Under the pieces are notes generated by a model, which was not told the origin of the DNA, did no database searches, and saw only the letters and a program-made list of their open reading frames with translations. A stretch of DNA of 64,000 nucleotides. Source: Planctomycetota bacterium. GTDB taxonomy: Bacteria > Planctomycetota > UBA8108 > SXIK01. This document shows, one piece after another, positions 37,329-46,196 of this stretch (positions within the stretch are counted from its first letter, which is position 1; the number at the start of each line of letters is the position of its first letter). Location of the stretch: NCBI GenBank assembly GCA_965223265.1, contig OZ244999.1, forward strand, positions 608,001-672,000. Direction: 5' to 3'. A program made the translations under genes and the position numbers.

Positions 37329-38351
37329 ATGCTATGTCTTTCATTTCGCGCCATGTGCGCAGCCGCTGTTGCCATTTCGATTTTGACTCTGCCCTCGTGC
37401 TCGCCGTCCAACGATACTGGCAATGACACGGTCAGCGTTGCAACCATGCGGCTTGGCTCCTCTTGGTATGTCTTCGGCGCCACACTCTCTGAGATTCTCC
37501 GGCCGCAGCTTCCGGATGGCATGCGCGTTGAGGTGATGGCCAAAGGCGGAGGCATCGCCAACCCCCTCGCTGTCAACGGAGGCGATGCCACCATCGGGCT
37601 TGCTAACGTGTGTACCTCGGTTTGGGCGCAGAAAGGTTTAGAGGTCTATCAAGGGAAAGAGTGCGCGAACATTCGAGCTCTCGTCGGCGGACTCAACCCT
37701 GTCTGGTTCCTGGCGATAGCCCGTAAGGGGTACGTCGACGAACACGACATCAAATCACTCGACGAAATCCTGCTCGGCACGCAGCCGACACGTATCGTCA
37801 TGAAGCCAGCTGGTAGTTCAGTGCCGGTGATCGCTGACATGGTGATGGAAGTCCTGGGTACGAGTCGAGAGAAGATCGAGGCGAACGGCGGGCGGATCAT
37901 CCAGGTGTCCGCGAAGCAGATTCCTCCGATGATCAAGGACGGGCGCGCGGACCTCTACTTCGAGGCCGGGCCCGTCGGGCACCCTGGCGTCACTGAACTT
38001 GCGACAACAGCGGATGTTGTCTTTTTCGATCTGCCGGAGAGCGTGCGCAGTGGGCTGGAGAAGCGAGGCCTCATGCCGTCCGAGATTCCTGTCGGCTACC
38101 GAGGGCAAACAGCGCCAACGAAGTCGGTGAACCTCGGCACGTTGCTCATCGTCAATAAGGACGTTCCGGACGACTTGGTTTACCTCTTGACCAAGGCAGT
38201 GTGTGACAACCGCGATGTGATGGCCAGGGCGCACAAAGCGTGGTCGCGGTTCGATCCCTCCCAGAGCGGCCACGAGAGTCAGACGGGGATCCCGCTCCAT
38301 CCGGGCGCACGTCGATTCTTCGAGGAACGCGGTTGGTTGGCAGCTCGGTGA
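37329..38351 (+). CDS. TAXI-family TRAP solute-binding protein (possible lipoprotein, LPSC)
   Basis: ATMRLGSSWY, GGGIANP, VPDDLVYLLTKAV, IPLHPGARRFFEERG. Confidence 0.9.
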   Translation: MLCLSFRAMCAAAVAISILTLPSCSPSNDTGNDTVSVATMRLGSSWYVFGATLSEILRPQLPDGMRVEVMAKGGGIANPLAVNGGDATIGLANVCTSVWAQKGLEVYQGKECANIRALVGGLNPVWFLAIARKGYVDEHDIKSLDEILLGTQPTRIVMKPAGSSVPVIADMVMEVLGTSREKIEANGGRIIQVSAKQIPPMIKDGRADLYFEAGPVGHPGVTELATTADVVFFDLPESVRSGLEKRGLMPSEIPVGYRGQTAPTKSVNLGTLLIVNKDVPDDLVYLLTKAVCDNRDVMARAHKAWSRFDPSQSGHESQTGIPLHPGARRFFEERGWLAAR

Positions 38352-38427
38352 CTCACATCACGCGCCGTCGAGGGATCAGGGAGGCCCGCGGCTCGATGAC
38401 TGAGACAGAGTCGGTCGGTGCAGGCTG

Positions 38428-40422
38428 TTGACGGAGCGAATGGCGCAACAAGAGAACTCAGCCCCCAGTTCCGCGTCTCGCACGCCAGCGTTCATTGACG
38501 TCGCGGTCCTCGTCCTCGGCCTCAGTTGGGTGGCGTTCCAGACATTGATTATGTTCTACCCGCAGCAGCCGTTGATTCAACGACCGCTGCATCTGGGGTT
38601 CGCACTGGCGCTGACGATTCTTTGGAGGCCTCTGCGGAGGACGAGGCGCGCCAAGCTCGCCCCAGTGATCGATGGCGTCCTGGTCGTCAGTGTCGTCGCG
38701 ATTGTGGCTTACTTCATGGCCGCAGCCGACCGTCTTGTCGGGCGTATGGAGTTTGTTGATCCGATTCTCGCCGTCGACGTCGCATTCGGCGTGCTGACCG
38801 TTGTGATTCTTCTCGAGTGCGTACGGCGCGTGATTGGCTGGAGTCTGCTTGGAGTTATCCTCGCGTTTCTCGTCTACGCATTTCTAGGAAAAGTGTGGTC
38901 CGGGTGGGTGCACGTGGAGTGGGTCCCCGAGCTCTTCAGGTTCAGCGGTTTCACGTTGTCGGAAGCTGCTGAGAATTTCACCATGAAGGCGAACGGTGTG
39001 CTCGGAATTACCACCTACACCTCGGTACTCTTCGTCTTTTATTTTGTCCTCTTCGGCGCGGTCTACTCGGCGATTGGCGGTGGACAGCTCTTCATTGACA
39101 TCGGGCTCACCGTTGCCGGCAGACGGCGTGCCGGCGCGTCGAAGGCCGCAGTGATTTCGAGCGGTCTCATGGGCAGCATCAGCGGCAGTGCGGTCGCCAA
39201 CGTTGCCACGACCGGGCTGTTCACGATCCCGCTCATGCGACGCACGGGTTACGCGCCAACGTTTGCGGGCGCCGTCGAGGCCATTGCCTCGACGGGTGGG
39301 CAGTTGATGCCACCGGTTATGGGAGTCGCGGCTTTCGTCATGGCGGAGTTGTTGCAAGTCTCGTACGCGCGCGTTGCACTCGCTGGTGTGATTCCTGCCG
39401 TTGCCTTTTATCTCTCGCTGTTTTTCTTACTCGACTTTCATTCCCGAAAAACTGGAGTCGGAACCGCGTCGGGTGACGCTCTCACAACCGCGCCGCTTTT
39501 ACCGAGGCTGTATCTCTTGATACCACCTGTCGTGCTCGTCACTCTCCTTGCAAATGGATTCTCGGCAGGGCTATCGGCGCTGTACGCCACGGCGATTTGC
39601 GTGCCGATCGCTTACTTGAAGCGCCAGACTCGACTTCACTTCTCGGGCTGGCTCAAGGCGCTGCGGGACGGTACTCGACAAGCGAGCGAGGTGGCGGTGC
39701 CGATCGCCGCGATCGGCATCATTATCGAAGTGTGCGTGCAGTCGAACCTGACGCTTGAGTTCTCATCGCAGCTCGCGCAGTTAAGTGGCGGGACGCTGAT
39801 CGGGGCGCTCGCGATGATCGTCGTCGGTTGCCTGATTATGGGGATGGGGTTGCCGACAGTCGCAGCCTATATCATCGGGGCGACACTCTTCGTGCCAGCT
39901 TTGCTCGGGCTGGGCGTCAAGGAGCTTCCGGCGCACTTCTTTGTTATGTATTACTGCGTGCTCTCGATGGTGACACCCCCGGTGGCACTCGCGTCGTACA
40001 CCGCTGCTGGACTCTCCGGTGCCAACAGCATGACCACGAGCTTCTACGCGTTTCGTTTCAGCCTCGTGGCGTTCTTCATCCCTTTCGCTTTCGTGCTCGA
40101 ACCAGCACTGCTCGGGCTCGGTACAGCAGGGCGCATCGTGGCGTCGACAACGGTCCTGGCCGTCGGCATCCTTGGCTGGGCAAGCGCCATGGAAGGCTAT
40201 TTTTTGCGGCGTCTCTCAGTCGCTCCCCGGGTATTGATCGGTCTTACATCGTTTGCGGTAATTCTCGCGCCGATTGTCATCCACTTCGTCGGTGATGGCA
40301 GCGACCGAGCGTCGATGGCGATTCCGTTCGCAGCGGCCGTCACGCTCCTTGTTCTACTCGGCGTCGCGACGCTTTTGAGTCGGTCGACAGAGAGAGCGGA
40401 CTCGCAAAGCGCCAAGACGTAA
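38428..40422 (+). CDS. TRAP transporter fused 4TM/12TM permease (TAXI type)
   Basis: GSISGSAVANVATTG.FTIPLM, EAIASTGGQLMPPVMG, GMGLPT, TPPVALA. Confidence 0.93.
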   Translation: MTERMAQQENSAPSSASRTPAFIDVAVLVLGLSWVAFQTLIMFYPQQPLIQRPLHLGFALALTILWRPLRRTRRAKLAPVIDGVLVVSVVAIVAYFMAAADRLVGRMEFVDPILAVDVAFGVLTVVILLECVRRVIGWSLLGVILAFLVYAFLGKVWSGWVHVEWVPELFRFSGFTLSEAAENFTMKANGVLGITTYTSVLFVFYFVLFGAVYSAIGGGQLFIDIGLTVAGRRRAGASKAAVISSGLMGSISGSAVANVATTGLFTIPLMRRTGYAPTFAGAVEAIASTGGQLMPPVMGVAAFVMAELLQVSYARVALAGVIPAVAFYLSLFFLLDFHSRKTGVGTASGDALTTAPLLPRLYLLIPPVVLVTLLANGFSAGLSALYATAICVPIAYLKRQTRLHFSGWLKALRDGTRQASEVAVPIAAIGIIIEVCVQSNLTLEFSSQLAQLSGGTLIGALAMIVVGCLIMGMGLPTVAAYIIGATLFVPALLGLGVKELPAHFFVMYYCVLSMVTPPVALASYTAAGLSGANSMTTSFYAFRFSLVAFFIPFAFVLEPALLGLGTAGRIVASTTVLAVGILGWASAMEGYFLRRLSVAPRVLIGLTSFAVILAPIVIHFVGDGSDRASMAIPFAAAVTLLVLLGVATLLSRSTERADSQSAKT

Positions 40423-40473
40423 GGAGCTCAGTCTGCTCGAGGCGGGGCGGCTACACCGTCACACGCGGTTGCG

Positions 40474-43400
40474 TCACTCTTGGATCGAACGACTTGCCGT
40501 TTCGGCTGCGGTCGACTTTGCGGTGCTGCGTACCAAGCGGTGGACAGCATCGATCACCCGTTCCTCAACTGTATCAGTGAACGGCCCAGGCAGAGGGCCG
40601 TAGAGCATCGCTCCTCCTGCCTCATAGCCGCCCTCGCGCAGCACGCGGCGCGACGGTAGGTAGCCAAACACGTCGTTGGCGTACGCCGAGACCCACACTG
40701 CAGGCGCGTCGAACTCGCGCTTGATGCGATGCGCATAGTCGACGACCGCTTCGCCGCCGAGAGCGACGAACAGAAGCTCGTCTCCGAAGCGCAGGACCTG
40801 GACCGGGCACGGGTAGGAGGACGGTAGGGCGTCGGGTTCTTCCAAACGCTCGAGGAGGTAGGCAGCCTTGCGCCGCTGATAGACGTTCCGCGATTCGAGC
40901 ATCGCTGCGATGGCGGCGCGCGGCGGCAGCTTCTGAAAGTCGAGGGACACCTCCTCAAACGCGACGCGCAGTGGCGCACGCAGCGACATTGTGGCTCCCC
41001 GCATGGCCGCAGTCACGGCGTTGGCAAGATTCGCTCCATGCTCTTTCGCAAGCTCGAGCGTGCCGCGCGGATAAGGGTTTTGATCACCGCCGCAGCCGGT
41101 CACGAAGAGCGCGATAGCTCCGGGGTGTGAGGCTTCGATCGCGCGCTGGGCGAAACCGGCGTAGTCGCCGCACCAATTGTAGAACGATAGCGTGGTGTTG
41201 TGGCAGGCGTAGCCGAAGAGGACCGCGCGTGCCTCGTCGTTGACGCCGTTGATCGTTAGCACAGGGACGTCATGGTCGACGCGGCCGTCATCGTAGCGGC
41301 GGTTGATGAAGCCGGAAGGCGTCGGAAAACGTCGGTTGCGGGCGAAGTCGGCGCTGCCGCGTGCAATCTGAAGATTCGCTGGTTCCATCTCCGCGAGAGC
41401 ATTTCCGATGAGCGCAACGACCTTTTGCTCGAGATTGCGACCGTAGACTTCCAGTTTCTCCGCTTCCTCTGATTTCAGGTCAAGTAGAGGCAGCTTGTCC
41501 ACACGCAGCTCAGGTCCACAGTGCGTGTGTGAGGCGCTGAGAAGAAGGGAGGCGCGAGGCAAACGGTATCGACGTTCCGCAGTCGCTGCTATCGTCCGCG
41601 TGAACTCCCGCGACACGCCGATCAGGTCGAGGGTCACAATGACAAGTCGGGTCCCAGCTTTGTCCTCGAGAGCGATGGCCTTGGCGAAGAGTTCGTGCGT
41701 CTTGCCTTGCGCAGGCTTCCTCCGCGCCGCGTAGCCCGCCATCCAGATCGGCTCGGTAGGAGTGATTTCGACCGTCGCGACACCAACGTTCCAGTCGTGA
41801 GTGTTCGCCTTTTCGGTCGAGCGGATCGCGTCGACCGCGGCTTCGATCTTCGCGACCGCTTCCCCGGTGGCGCGGCGTACGCGCGCCTGGTCGGTCGCCG
41901 CGTTGAGTTCGCGAAGGGGCGCGAGCGCTTCCGCCGCTCTGTGGCCGAGTCCACCCAGCTGCTCGGCAGCAAACACCTTTGCAAAGCGCTCGTCGCGAGA
42001 CAGGAGCTTGAGTAGGAGCGGCACTGAGGTCGGTTTGATTTTGCCGAGCGCTTCCAGCGCGAAGCGCCGTTCATAGCGGTCATTGAGTCGCTCGAACAGC
42101 AGCGGGCCGGCGCCTCGTGCTGCCGGCCCGAGTTCGCCGAGGAGTGTGATCGCTTTGATGCGCACTGTCTCCATCTGATCGCCGACGGCCGCAGAGAAAA
42201 TCGCGATCTGGCGCGCCTCGTCATCGACGACGCGTGCGATGGCGTCGAGCGCAGCGATGCGAACTTTCGTGCTGCGCGGGTGCGCGTCGTCGGCGCGAGT
42301 CGCCGCCTCGAGTGCTGGAACGGCCGCGGAGGCGATCGTACCAAGCCGCGCGAGCGCTTCGGCGCCGACGAGCTGCATCGTTTCCGACGTGTGGTTCAGC
42401 GTCGCGATGAAGACATGAACGGCGTCTGCGCCAGCCACGTCCGTGAGTGCGGCCAGCGTCTCGATGGCAGCTTTCTGCAGATCGGTGACTTCTTCGTCAG
42501 GTGGTCGCGCTGCGGGGACTTCACGCTGCGCCTTCTTGCTGTCGTTGTCATTCTTTTGAGACGAACTTCCGTCCGCTTCGGCAGCGCTTCGAGGCGAGGC
42601 GACGGTGGCCAGGGCGATGAGCGGCTCGACGGCAGGTCTCGTCGCGCTGCCGGCTGTGCGAAGTGCTGCGCAGGCGGCGACGCGGAGGTCCCGCGCCCGA
42701 GAATCGTCCTCGAAGATGCGAATAAGACCGGGAACGGCTTCAGCGACGACGTCGCCCGTGGACTGAAGTCCGCTGATCGCAGCGGCCTGGACACGCTCGT
42801 CGTCATCATCGAGACCTTGAACCAACGCCGAGGTCAGGCTCCTTCGATCGTCGTCCAGCTGACTCAAGGCTTCGAGAGCCGCAGCTCGCACGTTGGCGCT
42901 CTGATCGCCAACCATGCCTCTGAGTTGTGCGAGCGCAGCGGCCCCTTGCCAGTCGATTGCCGCCAGGGCTCGTGCCGCCGCGGCGCGAAGCTCCGTTGCG
43001 GTTTGGTATCTGAGCTTCGCCTCGGCGGCATTGCTGGCGGGTGCCGCATTGGAGACGAGTAACGCCTCGAGGTTCGGACCGAGCGCTGCCGCCTGCCGGC
43101 CAAGTCGTGCCACCGCTTCCGCAACGCCTGACTTCGTGCTTGCGCTTCCACCGTCGAGTTTCGCCGCGAAGAGCTTGAGCGTGGCGGCATCGATTTGGCC
43201 GGTCGCGCCCGCTAAAGCCGCACTCAATCTCCTCGACGAGACATCCGCCACCCTTGGATCGTCGAACGCCGCGAGAATTGTCGGTACGGCCGCGTTTCCC
43301 ATGCTGATCAGCGCTTCGGTGAGGGAGTCGGAGACCGGGGTGGCGTCGAATCGTAGCAGCGCGTCGAGAAGGTGGGGCACGGTCATCCGTGCCGCTGGGC

Positions 43401-44616
43401 CGATCCTGATGACGACGTGAGCAGCTGCGTCGACGGCCAATTGGTTTTCGCCTTGGAGCACAGCGTCGACTGCGGGGATGACGATTTCACGTGGCAACGC
43501 GAGCAAGTTGTAGGCGGCTGCGCGACGCACCCGTTTCGCCTCGTCGGCCAGAAGTGCAGTCAGAAAAGGAACCAGGTGCACCGCGTCGACGCCGACTCGT
43601 CGTAGTGCCGTGGTCGCTTCTGCACGCACAACCGCGCTAGGGTAGCTCCCTGCCGCTCGAATCACCTCAGACGCAGACAAAGCGGGAGCGCCGATGAGAC
43701 CAAGAGCCCGCACCGCGAGATGCAGCGACTCTGCAGCGGCCCCTCCACTATCTGTTTTCTCTCCCTGGGCGTTCTCCTCGCTGGTGTGCACTTTGATCGC
43801 GTCCGCTCTCGCAGTGTCGCTGGGGGGGCGGTGTGCGGCCTCGGCTGATAGGATACGTTCCACGGTGACGTGCAGCGCCGCCACGGCTGCCGTGCCGACC
43901 TTCCCGAGCGAGCGCGGCGTCTCTTCGCGTACGCGCGCGTCGGAGTCAGCAAGCGACTTCACTAGAGCATCGACTGCTGGCGCAGCATCGGCACCGATCC
44001 ACCCGAGAGCCTCCACTGCGCCGAGGCGTTTGCCGGCGTGCGCGTCGCCGAGAGCGGCGAGTAACTTCGGAACGGCTGCACCACCGATGGCGCCGAGCGC
44101 GTATGCGGAGCGATAGCGCACCTGTTCGTTGCCGGAAGCTAGAGCCTCGACAAGTGTTGGGATTGCCGGGGCGGCATCCGCTCCAATTCCCGTGATGGCG
44201 CGGACGCTGTGAAACCACACCTGTTGATCGCCAGCGCCAAGCGCCTTAACGAGCGCATCGAGAGCTGGCAGAGCTCTCTCTTTGAGGGCGTAGAGCTGCA
44301 GTGCAGCCTCGCGCCGTGTCTTCAGGTCATCTGACTCCAGTTCCAGAGCCAAGCGTTCCGCCTCCGTTGGCTCTGGAGTGTCACCGGCACCGGCGGTCTC
44401 GTCCGGGTGCGCACCGTCACGTGCTTCTTCAGCGGCAGGGCCAGGAGCTGGGTCTTCCGTCTGACGGACCTGAGCTTCTTCAGCGTGGCCGTGGTTGGAC
44501 CGCGATCCGGTGAACGCATCGCCGCCGAAAACTGCCGCGATGACTGCAATCGCGAGGAGCCGTCGCTTCAGTGAGTCCGTCACGCTGAACTGGTTCAAAT
44601 GGATTCTACGTTTCAT
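40474..44616 (-). CDS. HEAT-repeat protein fused to a neutral/alkaline ceramidase-like hydrolase domain
   Basis: ~800 aa of HEAT/PBS-like repeats (VRYRSAYALGAIG, AVEALGWIG); C-terminal ITPTEPIWMAGYAAR, SASHTHCGP, YACHNT, GCGGDQNP, YANDVFGYLP...EGGYE. Confidence 0.85.
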   Translation of the reverse strand: MKRRIHLNQFSVTDSLKRRLLAIAVIAAVFGGDAFTGSRSNHGHAEEAQVRQTEDPAPGPAAEEARDGAHPDETAGAGDTPEPTEAERLALELESDDLKTRREAALQLYALKERALPALDALVKALGAGDQQVWFHSVRAITGIGADAAPAIPTLVEALASGNEQVRYRSAYALGAIGGAAVPKLLAALGDAHAGKRLGAVEALGWIGADAAPAVDALVKSLADSDARVREETPRSLGKVGTAAVAALHVTVERILSAEAAHRPPSDTARADAIKVHTSEENAQGEKTDSGGAAAESLHLAVRALGLIGAPALSASEVIRAAGSYPSAVVRAEATTALRRVGVDAVHLVPFLTALLADEAKRVRRAAAYNLLALPREIVIPAVDAVLQGENQLAVDAAAHVVIRIGPAARMTVPHLLDALLRFDATPVSDSLTEALISMGNAAVPTILAAFDDPRVADVSSRRLSAALAGATGQIDAATLKLFAAKLDGGSASTKSGVAEAVARLGRQAAALGPNLEALLVSNAAPASNAAEAKLRYQTATELRAAAARALAAIDWQGAAALAQLRGMVGDQSANVRAAALEALSQLDDDRRSLTSALVQGLDDDDERVQAAAISGLQSTGDVVAEAVPGLIRIFEDDSRARDLRVAACAALRTAGSATRPAVEPLIALATVASPRSAAEADGSSSQKNDNDSKKAQREVPAARPPDEEVTDLQKAAIETLAALTDVAGADAVHVFIATLNHTSETMQLVGAEALARLGTIASAAVPALEAATRADDAHPRSTKVRIAALDAIARVVDDEARQIAIFSAAVGDQMETVRIKAITLLGELGPAARGAGPLLFERLNDRYERRFALEALGKIKPTSVPLLLKLLSRDERFAKVFAAEQLGGLGHRAAEALAPLRELNAATDQARVRRATGEAVAKIEAAVDAIRSTEKANTHDWNVGVATVEITPTEPIWMAGYAARRKPAQGKTHELFAKAIALEDKAGTRLVIVTLDLIGVSREFTRTIAATAERRYRLPRASLLLSASHTHCGPELRVDKLPLLDLKSEEAEKLEVYGRNLEQKVVALIGNALAEMEPANLQIARGSADFARNRRFPTPSGFINRRYDDGRVDHDVPVLTINGVNDEARAVLFGYACHNTTLSFYNWCGDYAGFAQRAIEASHPGAIALFVTGCGGDQNPYPRGTLELAKEHGANLANAVTAAMRGATMSLRAPLRVAFEEVSLDFQKLPPRAAIAAMLESRNVYQRRKAAYLLERLEEPDALPSSYPCPVQVLRFGDELLFVALGGEAVVDYAHRIKREFDAPAVWVSAYANDVFGYLPSRRVLREGGYEAGGAMLYGPLPGPFTDTVEERVIDAVHRLVRSTAKSTAAETASRSIQE

Positions 44617-44706
44617 CGACGTGGGGGCGCGGACAAGTGGTGCGGAATCGGTAGACGATCGAGCCGATGGAACGACCGTGATGAAGATGGTGGCCCGAAA
44701 TACCGG

Positions 44707-46074
44707 CTACGCCGTCAGGTCTGGCAGGCGCCCAGTACTATCACCGAAGGAATCGGTCTTCACACCCGCGCGATCGAACATCGACAGGAAGAGATTGCAC
44801 ATGGGTGTCTCGCGAGGGTAGACGACATGGCGGCCAGAATCGATTGATCCGCCACCGGCACCTGCCATGAGAATCGGGAGGTCTTCGTTGTTGTGACGGT
44901 TGCCATCGCTCAGTCCGCTGCCATAGACGATCATGCAGTTGTCGAGGAGACAGCCGTCGCCTTCTTCGATGGCTCTCAGCTTACGAAGTAGATACGCGAA
45001 CTGCTCGGCGTGGAACCGATTGATGCGACGGATCTTTTCGTGCTTGATCGGATCACCCTGATGGTGCGAAAGGCTGTGATGGCCGTCCGGGACGCCGAGC
45101 TCCTTGTAGCTGCGATTGCTTGCCGCGCGGGCGAACATGAATGTAGAGATTCGCGTCAGATCCGACTGAAACGCTAGAACGAGCAGGTCACACATGAGCT
45201 TGAGGTGCGTTTCGTACTGCAGACGGGCTCCTGCGGTCGACGGTAACGCCTCCGGAACATCCGTGAAGTCGAGCTTCGTCGGCGGGATCTCTTTAGCGAT
45301 CCGCTTCTCGATGGCGCGGATGCTGGTGAAGTACTCGTCGAGCTTTTGGCGGTCCTTGCCTCCCAGGTCGCGCTGCACGCGGCGCGCGTCGCTGAGTGCG
45401 AAGTCGAGAACGCTCTTTCTGCGGCGGCGACGTTTTTCACGACCTTTCGCTGCTCGCTGGCGATCCGCCTGATCCGAGAAGAGTCGGTCGAAAAGGGCAC
45501 GCGGGTCGAGTTCTTTGGCTGTCGGTGTCGTGGGCGACGACCACGAGATGTTGTTCGAGTACGCGCAGCTATACCCTGAGTCGCAATTGCCGGAGTTGCT
45601 TCCCACTTCGACACCTAGCTCAAGGGAAGGGAATCGAGTCGCTGCACCGATCTGCTGCGCTGCTGCTTGGTCGGCAGAGATGCCGAGTCGAATGTTGGCG
45701 CCGGAGGTTTTGAAGGGCTGCGCGCCGGTTAGAAACGCACCGGCCGCTCGCGCGTGGTCGCCTGCGCCGTCGCCGTTGGCGCGTCCTTTGTCCTGCGTCA
45801 ATCCGCTGAGCACGAGAAGGTCATCGCGCAGGTCGGTCAGCGGCTCGAGGATGTACGGTAGATCGTAGTCCGCACCTCTGCGCTGCGGAGTCCAGTCTGG
45901 AAGATGAACTCCGTTCGGAACGAAGACGAACGCCATCCGCACCGGCGGCTTGACGTCCGGTCGCCTCTCCGCGGCCAGAAGACCGGTCGAGAGTGTCGGA
46001 AGCAGCGGCAGAGAAATCGTCGTGCCTAGGCCACGGAGCACTTCACGACGAGAGAGTAGGCGATCTTGACTCAT
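44707..46074 (-). CDS. DUF1552 (HxxSHH) family protein with Tat-like leader
   Basis: LSRREVLRG, PVRMAFVFVPNG, CDSGYSCAY, GHHSLSHH, DNCMIVYGSG.SDGNRH. Confidence 0.92.
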   Translation of the reverse strand: MSQDRLLSRREVLRGLGTTISLPLLPTLSTGLLAAERRPDVKPPVRMAFVFVPNGVHLPDWTPQRRGADYDLPYILEPLTDLRDDLLVLSGLTQDKGRANGDGAGDHARAAGAFLTGAQPFKTSGANIRLGISADQAAAQQIGAATRFPSLELGVEVGSNSGNCDSGYSCAYSNNISWSSPTTPTAKELDPRALFDRLFSDQADRQRAAKGREKRRRRRKSVLDFALSDARRVQRDLGGKDRQKLDEYFTSIRAIEKRIAKEIPPTKLDFTDVPEALPSTAGARLQYETHLKLMCDLLVLAFQSDLTRISTFMFARAASNRSYKELGVPDGHHSLSHHQGDPIKHEKIRRINRFHAEQFAYLLRKLRAIEEGDGCLLDNCMIVYGSGLSDGNRHNNEDLPILMAGAGGGSIDSGRHVVYPRETPMCNLFLSMFDRAGVKTDSFGDSTGRLPDLTA

Positions 46075-46196
46075 GGGTCCTCGCGGAAACAGCTACGGAC
46101 TGCTGATGGTTTCTGTTTGTGTTCGCGTCAACGGTCACGGCGTACTTTCCCAGCAGCGTCGTTCGTCGGCCAGGAACCGTGTGATCGCTTTGGCCT

